Part shown: positions 1 to 8,082 of the stretch, piece by piece | How positions within the stretch are numbered: the first letter of the stretch is position 1 | How the letters are laid out: each line of letters opens with the position of its first letter | Origin: Methanothermococcus sp. Ax23 | GTDB lineage: Archaea > AGJL01 > Methanococci > Methanococcales > Methanococcaceae | DNA: 24,000 nt | Direction: 5' to 3' | Assembly: GCF_049075655.1 (NCBI RefSeq) | Contig: NZ_CP157522.1 | Coordinates: 628,817 to 652,816, forward strand | The notes under the pieces: model-generated | Databases searched by the model: none | What the model was told of the DNA's origin: nothing | The model's input: the letters and a program-made list of their open reading frames with translations, nothing else | Position numbers and translations under genes: made by a program

Positions 1-1
1 T

Positions 2-421
2 CCACAGAACCGAAATACAAAATCAAAATTATACATATCGAGAATAGCCAGAGAGGGTAGGAAATTTGGAGTTGGAATATGCCTTGTATCTCAAAGACCA
101 AAGACCCTTGACCAAGAGTCGTTATCACAATGTAATAATTTAATAATTTCAAAATTAATCGAACCTTCTGACCAATCCCATGTTCAGCATGCCTCTGAAA
201 ATCTAAGTGAGGACCTACTTAAACAGCTTCCAGGGTTGAATGTTGGTGAGGCTGTAATACTTGGTCCTGCATTAAAGATTCCTGCAATAGTTAAGATAAA
301 TAAATTTAATGGAGAATACGGCGGAGAAGATTTAGATATTGTAAATATATGGGGCAATGGCAATAATAACCACAATAATGAAGAAAGGCTTTCGTCTGAT
401 GATATGTTTGGAGGTTTATAA
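2..421 (+). CDS. HerA/FtsK-like (DUF87-type) P-loop ATPase, C-terminal fragment; the 5' end lies outside the window
   Basis: The frame is open from the window edge (frame of nt 2). It reads ...KLYISRIAREGRKFGVGICLVSQRPKTLDQESLSQCNNLIISKLIEPSDQ...LNVGEAVILGPALKIPAIVKINKF. The AREGRKFG-hydrophobic-SQRP block is the conserved C-terminal region of archaeal HerA-type ATPases. The tail is Asn-rich and the stop is TAA at 419-421. Confidence 0.7.
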   Translation, partial: PQNRNTKSKLYISRIAREGRKFGVGICLVSQRPKTLDQESLSQCNNLIISKLIEPSDQSHVQHASENLSEDLLKQLPGLNVGEAVILGPALKIPAIVKINKFNGEYGGEDLDIVNIWGNGNNNHNNEERLSSDDMFGGL

Positions 422-530
422 TGAATATATAATATAATAAAATACATAATATAGTATTACAATATAATATAAAAAGGGATTTTATAACATTGGGAGCTCC
501 CATAAATAATTATATAACATAAAAAAAGAG

Positions 531-1394
531 GTGAGCTCTACGAAGTGGGAAGTTACTTTTGACGGCATAACTTATGAATGCATCAATTGCGGATATTGTT
601 GCAGTTGTAAAGATTGGAGAATATATTTATCATATTTTGATGCTTTGAAGTTAAAGGAATATGCAGAATATATTGAAAAGACAGAAGATATAAACGATTT
701 AGGATTCAATAGACGATTGAAGATAAATGAGAGGGGATGCGTCCTTTTGAATAAAGACTATTTGTGCAATATCCAGATTAAAAAAGGATATGAATTTAAA
801 CCTGCCATGTGTAGATTATTTCCATTTAGTTTTATGGTCAAATGGAATGGAGATTTACTTTTAATAATTAAACATTACTGTAATGGCATTAAAAAAGGAA
901 AATGCGATGATAAAATAATTAAACATGCCATAGAATGCTGTGAAGAGCTATATCTTGATGAACTAAATAAAATAAGACTTATGGGCGTGGAATCTTCTGC
1001 AAAAACCAGATTGGATAACGATACATTAATCACATGGGAGGAGAGGGAAGAGCTCGGAAGGTATATTTTTGATAGTGGTAGTTTGGATGAGCTCTCTGAA
1101 AAATGTAGAGATATTTTAAAACTTGATATTTCCAACGACATATCAAATATATATAATAATATGAAAAAATTAAATCTCAGCAGCGAAATATTTATTAAAA
1201 ATGAAGAAGAAATAATAAGATATTTAGGGGAACTTAATAAAAGGGAGCATTTTAGAAAACTAAATTTTAAAAAAGAAATATGTTATTTAATAAATATCGG
1301 GAAAGAATTGAGCGGATATAGGAACATATTCAAAGGTGAGGGAATTATCGATTCAAAGATTTTAAATTATGGCATATACAACGATATTTCGTGA
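531..1394 (+). CDS. YkgJ/UPF0153-type cysteine-cluster (CxxCxxCC) protein, putative Fe-S or Zn binding
   Basis: This is a 287-aa ORF with an N-terminal CINCGYCCSC motif and further Cys residues (C70, C79, C94), typical of the CxxCxxCC family. Only a GTG start at 531 is available in frame before the Cys cluster. A GAGGTG at 528-533 overlaps that GTG, so the exact start is uncertain. Confidence 0.65.
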   Translation: MSSTKWEVTFDGITYECINCGYCCSCKDWRIYLSYFDALKLKEYAEYIEKTEDINDLGFNRRLKINERGCVLLNKDYLCNIQIKKGYEFKPAMCRLFPFSFMVKWNGDLLLIIKHYCNGIKKGKCDDKIIKHAIECCEELYLDELNKIRLMGVESSAKTRLDNDTLITWEEREELGRYIFDSGSLDELSEKCRDILKLDISNDISNIYNNMKKLNLSSEIFIKNEEEIIRYLGELNKREHFRKLNFKKEICYLINIGKELSGYRNIFKGEGIIDSKILNYGIYNDIS

Positions 1395-1398
1395 AAAT

Positions 1399-1914
1399 AT
1401 GAAAAAAGAGCAAATAATCATCATAATCATAATGTCAATATTGGTAACAATACCTATTTTATGGGTTATTCAATATACTAATGCAAATGCAGCAGATGTC
1501 TTAAAAAAATATAACATATACGCTATAGAAACCAAAAAAATAAACAATAAAAATGTATCTATCGTATATCAAATTAAAAACCCATCTCAGGATATAGCTC
1601 CAAATAATATTGACTCCAAAACCAAAGCTGAAATATGCTATATTACATGGTATGTATTTAATCATTATAATAATGTTGATGAAGTTCAAATAATTGCATA
1701 TTATAATGACTCGGGCAAATTAAATGAATATTACAAATTTAAAATAGATAGAAATACTGCTGAGATATCGGGGCTTTTGAATGTTTCTGAAGCCGATATA
1801 TCATCGGATGTATATTATTATTACCGCAAAATAATTAAACTAGGAGTGCTAAAAGTTAAAGATGTTAATATCCCATATTGGAGGAGGGTTGATTATGACG
1901 ATAACACCAATTAA
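1399..1914 (+). CDS. Hypothetical membrane-anchored or secreted protein
   Basis: The ORF track gives 1369-1914. The ATG at 1399 gives MKKEQIIIIIIMSILVTIPILWVIQYTNANA, which is a basic N-terminus plus one hydrophobic helix (signal anchor). It lies 5 nt after the stop of the upstream gene. I recognise no family. Confidence 0.55.
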   Translation: MKKEQIIIIIIMSILVTIPILWVIQYTNANAADVLKKYNIYAIETKKINNKNVSIVYQIKNPSQDIAPNNIDSKTKAEICYITWYVFNHYNNVDEVQIIAYYNDSGKLNEYYKFKIDRNTAEISGLLNVSEADISSDVYYYYRKIIKLGVLKVKDVNIPYWRRVDYDDNTN

Positions 1915-2461
1915 TGAAGAAGAAAAAATGAGTATTTTGGCAGGGCTTAGAAGCCGTGTGCCTGCTACAAAACTAATAACTTTAAAGAAAATTTCGGATA
2001 TTGCAGATATGCATCCTGAGTCATTGCAATACCTAGATATGACTGATAAAAGGACAATACAGGAGATAATAGATTCAATTGAAAGGATATCCAGTATGGA
2101 GCAGGATAATGTATTAAAAAGGGAAGCATTAATAGCCCTTGGAAAAATAAAAAAAGCCTTGGGAACAAAATTTACCCGAGATTTAATAACCTGCAAAAAT
2201 TGTGGTGAAATTATAGATTTAGGATGGGAATACTGTGCAAACTGCGGGTCTAATATCAATGATATGGAATTCAATGATGTAAAAAGATGTAAGAATTGTA
2301 ATAAGAATATTTCTGAGGAATGGTCATATTGTGCCCATTGTGGAATTAGATTAAAAGAAAAGGAAGAAAAGAATTTAACATGCCCAAATTGTAGAAGACC
2401 TATTGACCCGTCATGGATGGTTTGCCCATATTGCGGACATAGACTCAAAAGGGTAAAATAA
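1895..2461 (+). CDS. Triple zinc-ribbon (DZR-like) protein with a helical N-terminal domain
   Basis: The ATG at 1895 is preceded by GGAGGAGGG and overlaps the end of the upstream gene by 20 nt. The C-terminal half has three tandem CxxC-x9-W-x-x-C-x-x-CG units: CKNCGEIIDLGWEYCANCG, CKNCNKNISEEWSYCAHCG and CPNCRRPIDPSWMVCPYCG. Confidence 0.7.
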   Translation: MTITPINEEEKMSILAGLRSRVPATKLITLKKISDIADMHPESLQYLDMTDKRTIQEIIDSIERISSMEQDNVLKREALIALGKIKKALGTKFTRDLITCKNCGEIIDLGWEYCANCGSNINDMEFNDVKRCKNCNKNISEEWSYCAHCGIRLKEKEEKNLTCPNCRRPIDPSWMVCPYCGHRLKRVK

Positions 2462-2472
2462 GAACATATTTC

Positions 2473-3279
2473 CTAATTTTTTAGAATATTTGATATAATA
2501 CAAGATTCTTCTGTGAGCTCGATTTTCAATCCTATTTTTGCAGGAATTATATTAACATCAGTATTTTCCAATATATATTCGCACTCTTTAATAGGGTTGG
2601 TCATTTTTAATCCCATATGATTCATAACCACAATTTCTGGCTTTTTAGCCATTCCATTTAATAAATCTATTAAATCATTTGAACATAAATGGCCTTTTAT
2701 ACGCTCATTTTTTTTCCTGACAACATTTGCCACAAGAACCCTCACCCCATTGAAATCGTCAATTAACGATTCCATAAACTCAGTATCACTTGTGTATCCA
2801 ATATCTCCCTTATTGGTATTTACCCTTACACCAATTCCGAAAGGATCTCCGTGTTTTGTTTTTGTTGCTGTTAAATTAACATCCAAAATATCCACAGAAT
2901 CTTTTGGATTTAATAAATAAACTCTTTCAGGTTTTGATTGATGGTATTTAGATATTGCATTTTCATAATTTCCAAATCCTTCCAACACTGAAATATTGCT
3001 TATTATATAACCCCTCTTTTTTATCATACCGTTTGTCATAGCCTCTATTATTACCTCAGCATCAGTATAATGGTCAGGATGGTCGTGAGATACAAAAACA
3101 GCATTTGTATTCCATGGGGATATTTTTAACTCACTCATCCTCACCAGAGCTCCGGGACCTGGGTCAATATGTAATTTTGTTTTTTCAGTATGTATTCTAA
3201 AACCGCCCGTTCCCTTATTCTGTGAAATGGTTTCCCATCTACCTCCTCCAGCTCCTAAAAATATTATTTCAACACGCAA
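2473..3279 (-). CDS. MBL-fold metallo-hydrolase (beta-lactamase-like superfamily)
   Basis: This is a 268-aa ORF. It has the H-x-H-x-D-H motif as VSHDHPDHYTD after an N-terminal LGAGGG strand, with later His/Asp ligand candidates (TKHGDP, NHMG). Confidence 0.8.
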   Translation of the reverse strand: MRVEIIFLGAGGGRWETISQNKGTGGFRIHTEKTKLHIDPGPGALVRMSELKISPWNTNAVFVSHDHPDHYTDAEVIIEAMTNGMIKKRGYIISNISVLEGFGNYENAISKYHQSKPERVYLLNPKDSVDILDVNLTATKTKHGDPFGIGVRVNTNKGDIGYTSDTEFMESLIDDFNGVRVLVANVVRKKNERIKGHLCSNDLIDLLNGMAKKPEIVVMNHMGLKMTNPIKECEYILENTDVNIIPAKIGLKIELTEESCIISNILKN

Positions 3280-3360
3280 ATTACCACATCCGATAATTAT
3301 TTAAATTCAATAAAAATAAGGGATATTCAAATATAAATAAATTTTTAAAAAAATAATAAA

Positions 3361-3882
3361 TCAGTTATCTATATACTTAATATTTTCAAATATACCATTT
3401 ACTTCTACAATTATATAGGGGGATGTAATTAGTATGGTATTATTATTCTGAATACTTTTATTTATATAGACCATTATACTATTATTGCTATTTTTAACTA
3501 TCTTTGTTATTTCAATGTTATAATCAATGGGTTTTTTTCCACCATATATTGCTATAATGGTTTTATTTTTGCATTTATCAATATAATTATAATAATATTC
3601 TTTATCTTGCTTCCCATATTTTCCATATTCTACTATATCATATTCAATAGAGATGGGAAGTTTTGTTTTAACATTTGTATTATTTACATTAGTTGTAGAA
3701 TTATTGCTAAAATGTTCCAAATTGCGTTTATATGTGTTATAATCTCCCATTTCAGTGTTGGTGTTGGTATTCTGAATATTTTTAATATTCATCATATTAT
3801 TAAAATCTAAACAGGCAGATAAACACACCATTGAAAAAATTGAAAATAATACCAACAGTTTATTTGTCTTATAATTTCCCAT
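3361..3882 (-). CDS. Putative secreted lipoprotein, possibly with a PrcB-like C-terminal domain
   Basis: The ATG at 3882 gives MGNYKTNKLLVLFSIFSMVCLSAC, a signal peptide plus an LSAC lipobox-like motif. The C-terminal segment GGKKPIDYNIEITKIV...ILITSPYIIVEV resembles the PrcB_C pattern (G-x-x-x-GY-x-I-x-I ... sPy-x-iv-x-v). The linker is Asn/Thr-rich. The family assignment is tentative. Confidence 0.5.
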   Translation of the reverse strand: MGNYKTNKLLVLFSIFSMVCLSACLDFNNMMNIKNIQNTNTNTEMGDYNTYKRNLEHFSNNSTTNVNNTNVKTKLPISIEYDIVEYGKYGKQDKEYYYNYIDKCKNKTIIAIYGGKKPIDYNIEITKIVKNSNNSIMVYINKSIQNNNTILITSPYIIVEVNGIFENIKYIDN

Positions 3883-3895
3883 AGTATCCCAGTAT

Positions 3896-4702
3896 TCACT
3901 TTCCAAATCTTCTTTTTCTCCTTTGATAATCTCTAATAGACCTTAAAAAATCTATTTTTCTAAATTTAGGCCAGTATGTTTCACAAAAATAAAGTTCAGA
4001 ATAGCTCGATTGCCATATTAAAAAATTACTTATTCTTTCCTCACCAGAAGTCCTTATTATTAAATCAGGGTTTGGATATGGCAAATGGGACGTATATAAA
4101 TGTTTAGATATGGTTTCCATAGTTATATCTTCAACATCCATCTCATTATTTTTTATCTTCTGCCCAATCTTTTTTATAGCATCCACGAGCTCCTGCTGAC
4201 CTCCATAGGCAATTGCAACATTTACAAAATAATTATCATAATCCTTTGTTTTATTTTCCGCATAATTTATTGCTTCCCTAACTCTTTCTGGTAGGAGCTC
4301 TATTCTACCTATGGCTTTTATGCGTATTTTATATTTATGAATATCATTATCATCTGCAATTTTCCTAAATTCCTTTTCAAACAAATCCATCAATTCATCA
4401 ACTTCATCCTTTGGTCTATTAAAATTTTCCAGCGAAAATGAATACAATGTTATTATTTTTATATTTAAATCTACACACCATCGTATAAACTCCCTGACCT
4501 TTTTTGCACCAATGTAATGACCCCTTGTAGGTTTATCCCCCAGCATTTTTGCCATTCGCCTGTTGCCATCCATTATAACCCCTATGTGTTTTGGGATATT
4601 TTTTTTATTAATTTCCTTCTCAAGCATTTTCTCGTAAAATTTAAATATCCCCATATTATTAAAAAAATCGTAAATTTTAATGAAAAACAAATTCACCACC
4701 AA
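3896..4702 (-). CDS. uppS: Undecaprenyl-diphosphate synthase family cis-prenyltransferase
   Basis: It has the hallmark HIGVIMDGNRRMA motif, then RGH, LYSFSLENFNRP, the AIAYGG block and a C-terminal RTSGEERISNFLIWQ..YSELYF motif. The start is uncertain: 4702, or the internal ATG at 4654. Confidence 0.9.
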   Translation of the reverse strand: MVVNLFFIKIYDFFNNMGIFKFYEKMLEKEINKKNIPKHIGVIMDGNRRMAKMLGDKPTRGHYIGAKKVREFIRWCVDLNIKIITLYSFSLENFNRPKDEVDELMDLFEKEFRKIADDNDIHKYKIRIKAIGRIELLPERVREAINYAENKTKDYDNYFVNVAIAYGGQQELVDAIKKIGQKIKNNEMDVEDITMETISKHLYTSHLPYPNPDLIIRTSGEERISNFLIWQSSYSELYFCETYWPKFRKIDFLRSIRDYQRRKRRFGK

Positions 4703-4735
4703 ATCTTTAAATCTTTAAATTAAAGTTATTTAAAT

Positions 4736-5488
4736 TCAAATTCTAATATTTCCAGTTAAAAATTTTATTGCATTATAATATCTATCCCAAGTTCCATTTC
4801 TACTGGTATCTATAAATTTTATATTGTTTTTATTTAAGACCACTGCACCGCATCCTTCAGTACCGCAGATTAATCCCAAACATCTAAAAATTAAGTTCCC
4901 AGAGATTCCATCAGGAGCTACAATTATATTGCATCCATCTTTTAGATATTCCTCTATTAATATGCCCTTATGTTCTATTACCAAATTATTATATTTATTA
5001 TTGATACATTTAACAATATTTTCACATTCATCTATTGAACTGCTGATTTTTTCACTTCTACCGTAATCTGAAAGTCTTCCCGCCGATAAAATTCCGATTT
5101 TCGGATTTTTAGTGTTAGTATTAATATTAGCATTAGCATTTAAAAAATTTATTGCATATTCTATTATATTTATTTTATCATTAAAACTATTATTATCATC
5201 TACTTCGTCAATGCCAACAGGAGAAAGTAAAAAATAATCATTTGTAAATGGGTTTTTTAAAATCGATGCCCTATAAAATTTTCCAATATGTTCTTTTAAA
5301 TATGGTATAACATCAGAAGATGACAGCGTGCCTCTTATGGACCCATGCACTTTCTTTTTTACAGTTAATTCTACGAGCTCCTGCGGGTCATCTATTAATT
5401 CGACTTTTATATTTTCATCTATCAATTTATTGTATGCCTTTAAAATTTCCTCCTCATTGGTTTTGCCAATTCCCATCAAATATTTCAT
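4736..5488 (-). CDS. MtxX-like protein (methanogen marker protein 4 family, phosphate acyltransferase-like fold)
   Basis: This is a 250-aa ORF. The C-terminal APDGISGNLIFRCL motif and the overall layout recall the MtxX / PlsX-Pta-like family found in methanogens. It has an internal Asn-rich insert (NANANINTNTKN). The assignment is from memory of the family, not from a search. Confidence 0.5.
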   Translation of the reverse strand: MKYLMGIGKTNEEEILKAYNKLIDENIKVELIDDPQELVELTVKKKVHGSIRGTLSSSDVIPYLKEHIGKFYRASILKNPFTNDYFLLSPVGIDEVDDNNSFNDKINIIEYAINFLNANANINTNTKNPKIGILSAGRLSDYGRSEKISSSIDECENIVKCINNKYNNLVIEHKGILIEEYLKDGCNIIVAPDGISGNLIFRCLGLICGTEGCGAVVLNKNNIKFIDTSRNGTWDRYYNAIKFLTGNIRI

Positions 5489-5569
5489 AGTTTCCCTAAT
5501 ATATAATTTAATTATTCAATTTGTAGTTAAAAGGATAATTTAGAATTATTTTAATTTTATTATTTTATT

Positions 5570-5899
5570 TTAATTTTTTATATCCAACTTATCTCCTACC
5601 TTTAAATCCAAATTACAGCTCTTCACTTCAATCATTGCATTTGAATAAACATTTGATTTATAGGTTTTCCATGGTTTTAAATTCTTAACAATATCCACAA
5701 CTTTATTATCCCATAGAAAAATAACATCTATTGGATATTTCATAAAAAATGTGTGTATATGGAGCTTTCTTTTATTATAATAAAATATAAGCCCCTCATT
5801 ATGCCCTATATCTTTAAACATCAAACCAAAGGCTCTTTTTACAAAATTATCTGCAATACTCAAACGATATAGTTTATTATTTAATTTTACCTTTAACAT
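5570..5899 (-). CDS. DUF192 (UPF0127) family protein
   Basis: This is a 109-aa ORF containing the RAFGLMF motif and the size typical of DUF192. Its start overlaps the last 23 nt of the upstream peptidase gene. Confidence 0.65.
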   Translation of the reverse strand: MLKVKLNNKLYRLSIADNFVKRAFGLMFKDIGHNEGLIFYYNKRKLHIHTFFMKYPIDVIFLWDNKVVDIVKNLKPWKTYKSNVYSNAMIEVKSCNLDLKVGDKLDIKN

Positions 5900-6716
5900 A
5901 ATCTACCTTTTTATAAGGGGTCGGTATGTATTGAACAGATGGTCTTTGGCTCACCGGTTGCTTATATAAATCAAACAGTCTATAAACCTTATTTGGAACC
6001 TCTGTATTTACTGATATTCCCAATTCCCTCAACTTTTTAACAGTTAATGGATAATCATGAGTCCATTTACCTGTTGAAAGTGTTTCTGCAAGCTCTTTTG
6101 CTTTTTCATCAGGCATTTTATCCTTTAATAAATCATATACAAATTCTTTTACCTGATTTATTGCCTTTTTGGAAATATCTGCAAGTATTAATGTTTCATC
6201 GTCGAGCTCATCGATATACTTGGTATTTGCTGCATTTAATATAGATGCCGCAGGATACTGCCCTATTTGCGGGTCTACTGGACCCATTACTGCATTCTTA
6301 TCCATTATAATCTCATCTACCGCCAGGGATATTAAACTACCTCCGCTCATTGCATAGTGTGGTATTATTACGGTTGTTTTTGCCTTATGTTCCTTTAATG
6401 CCATGGCTATCTGCTCACTGGCAAGAACCAAACCACCCGGTGTGTGAAGTATTAAATCAATAGGCATGTCTTCGGGCGTCATTCTGATTGCCCTCAAAAC
6501 CTCTTCACTATCTTCTATATTTATAAATCTATATAGGGGTATTCCAAAAAGAGCCAGTTGCTCCTGCCTATGTATCATTACTATTACTCTAGCTTTTCTC
6601 TCCTTTTCCAATTCTTTGATACAATTATACCTTTGTAATAATTTCAGTCTAAACATGAATTGTGGATACATGAATAAAAATATAAAAAATATCCAAAAAA
6701 GACTTGATGGGTCCAT
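5877..6716 (-). CDS. Membrane-anchored Clp-fold serine peptidase (SDH / serine dehydrogenase proteinase family)
   Basis: This is a 279-aa ORF with an N-terminal hydrophobic helix (LFWIFFIFLFMYP). That is followed by VIVMIHRQE...DLILHTPGGLVLASEQIA...IPHYAMSGGSLISLA. The HTPGG and the MSGG nucleophile context are characteristic of the ClpP/SppA-like SDH family. Confidence 0.7.
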   Translation of the reverse strand: MDPSSLFWIFFIFLFMYPQFMFRLKLLQRYNCIKELEKERKARVIVMIHRQEQLALFGIPLYRFINIEDSEEVLRAIRMTPEDMPIDLILHTPGGLVLASEQIAMALKEHKAKTTVIIPHYAMSGGSLISLAVDEIIMDKNAVMGPVDPQIGQYPAASILNAANTKYIDELDDETLILADISKKAINQVKEFVYDLLKDKMPDEKAKELAETLSTGKWTHDYPLTVKKLRELGISVNTEVPNKVYRLFDLYKQPVSQRPSVQYIPTPYKKVDYVKGKIK

Positions 6717-6921
6717 AATTACACCACATGATATTAATGATTATTATACGCATCAAAATATATTTTATATTTATTAACCTTTATATTTATTAAATCAATA
6801 ATATATATTTAACAATTACCTATAAATACAGAGCACATAAATATATACACTACTTATGTATATATTATATACACATAATATTCATTATCATCATACATTA
6901 TTACAAAATTGAGGTGTTCTA

Positions 6922-8040
6922 ATGAACAGAATAAATATAAACACCATCAAAATAAAGCCATTATTATCAGAACCTTCAAAATTATCTGATGACGTTATGG
7001 CTTTAAAATATGTTATTATAGAACCTGCGGGATTTCCCATTAAAATAAATAGCGAGAACTTAAAAATCACTATTGACGACCCAAAATTATTCAACGTATA
7101 TGCGAGAGAGCAGTGGGAAGGCGAGAGTGTAAAAGAAGGAGATTATTTATTCGATAACACAATTATTCCTGATTATGCATTTAAAGTAATCTCGACATAC
7201 CCCAAAGAAGGAGGTATTATCACGCGAGACACTTTGTTTAAATTAAAAACAGCGAGAACCCACAACAGCAAAGAATTTAAAAAAGCAAGATTTGACGAAG
7301 TAATAGGTCAGGAAAATGCAAAGAAAAAATGTAAAATAATTATAAAATATCTCGAATGTCCAGAACTATTTGGAGAATGGGCACCGAAAAATGTATTATT
7401 TTACGGACCCCCTGGAACCGGGAAAACACTTCTAGCAAGAGCTCTTGCAACTGAAACATATGTTCCACTTTATCTAATAAAGGCAACGGAGCTCATAGGG
7501 GAACATGTGGGCGATGGTTCAAAGCAAATTCAAGACCTATACAATAAAGCATTAAATGATAGACCATGTATTATATTTATAGATGAGCTCGATGCCATAG
7601 CACTTAGTAGGCAGTATCAATCATTAAGGGGTGATGTCTCAGAGGTTGTAAATGCACTATTAACTGAGCTCGATGGAATACACGATAATGAAGGAATTGT
7701 AACAATTGCAGCCACAAACAACCCTGAAATGCTTGACAATGCTATAAGGAGTAGATTTGAAGAAGAGATAAAATTCGAGCTCCCAAATGATGATGACAGG
7801 TTGAAAATTATGGAGCTCTACACAGAAAAGATGCCCATAAAAGTTAAGGCAAACTTGAAGAAATATGTTGAAAAAACAAAAGGTATGAGTGGAAGGGATA
7901 TAAAAGAAAAATTCTTAAAACCTGCACTTCACAAGGCGATATTAGAGGACAGAGGAGTCATTGAAGAAAAAGATTTAGATGATGCATTGAATAAATTACA
8001 TGGAAATAAGAGAGAAATGCCTTTAAATCTATATGGATAA
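6922..8040 (+). CDS. Single-domain AAA+ ATPase with a Cdc48-N-like N-terminal domain (proteasome regulatory subunit / Cdc48 relative)
   Basis: GAGGTG (6911-6916) lies 5 nt upstream of the ATG. Motifs present: Walker A GPPGTGKT, Walker B IIFIDELD, sensor-1 ATN and the second region of homology (SRFEEEI). It is 372 aa. Confidence 0.9.
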   Translation: MNRININTIKIKPLLSEPSKLSDDVMALKYVIIEPAGFPIKINSENLKITIDDPKLFNVYAREQWEGESVKEGDYLFDNTIIPDYAFKVISTYPKEGGIITRDTLFKLKTARTHNSKEFKKARFDEVIGQENAKKKCKIIIKYLECPELFGEWAPKNVLFYGPPGTGKTLLARALATETYVPLYLIKATELIGEHVGDGSKQIQDLYNKALNDRPCIIFIDELDAIALSRQYQSLRGDVSEVVNALLTELDGIHDNEGIVTIAATNNPEMLDNAIRSRFEEEIKFELPNDDDRLKIMELYTEKMPIKVKANLKKYVEKTKGMSGRDIKEKFLKPALHKAILEDRGVIEEKDLDDALNKLHGNKREMPLNLYG

Positions 8041-8082
8041 TAAAATATAAAAATAATAAGATATAAAAAATAAAAATAATAC

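Noticed and set aside
184-503. Minus-strand ORFs at 184-447 and 306-503
   Set aside because: They are antisense to the HerA-like C-terminus and run into the intergenic spacer. No motifs are present.
1849-2448. A 199-aa minus-strand ORF that almost exactly mirrors the 1862-2461 plus-strand ORF
   Set aside because: The plus-strand product has three clean zinc-ribbon repeats, a GGAGG ribosome-binding site and operon context. The antisense translation is low-complexity (repeated PQFAQY and LLQF, mirror images of the CxxC repeats). It is a shadow ORF.
5100-5150. Asn/Thr-rich low-complexity tracts in several proteins (here NANANINTNTKN; also about 353-382, 3740-3790, 20340-20400 and 21080-21110)
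   Set aside because: These are a composition-driven expansion of AAT/AAC/ACN codons in loops, typical of very AT-rich genomes. There is no periodic repeat structure at the DNA level.
6717-6921. An AT-rich divergent spacer with imperfect A/T palindromes, considered as a replication origin
   Set aside because: It has no repeated ORB-like motif and no adjacent cdc6/orc1. A/T dyads are expected by chance at this composition. Divergent promoters explain it more simply.
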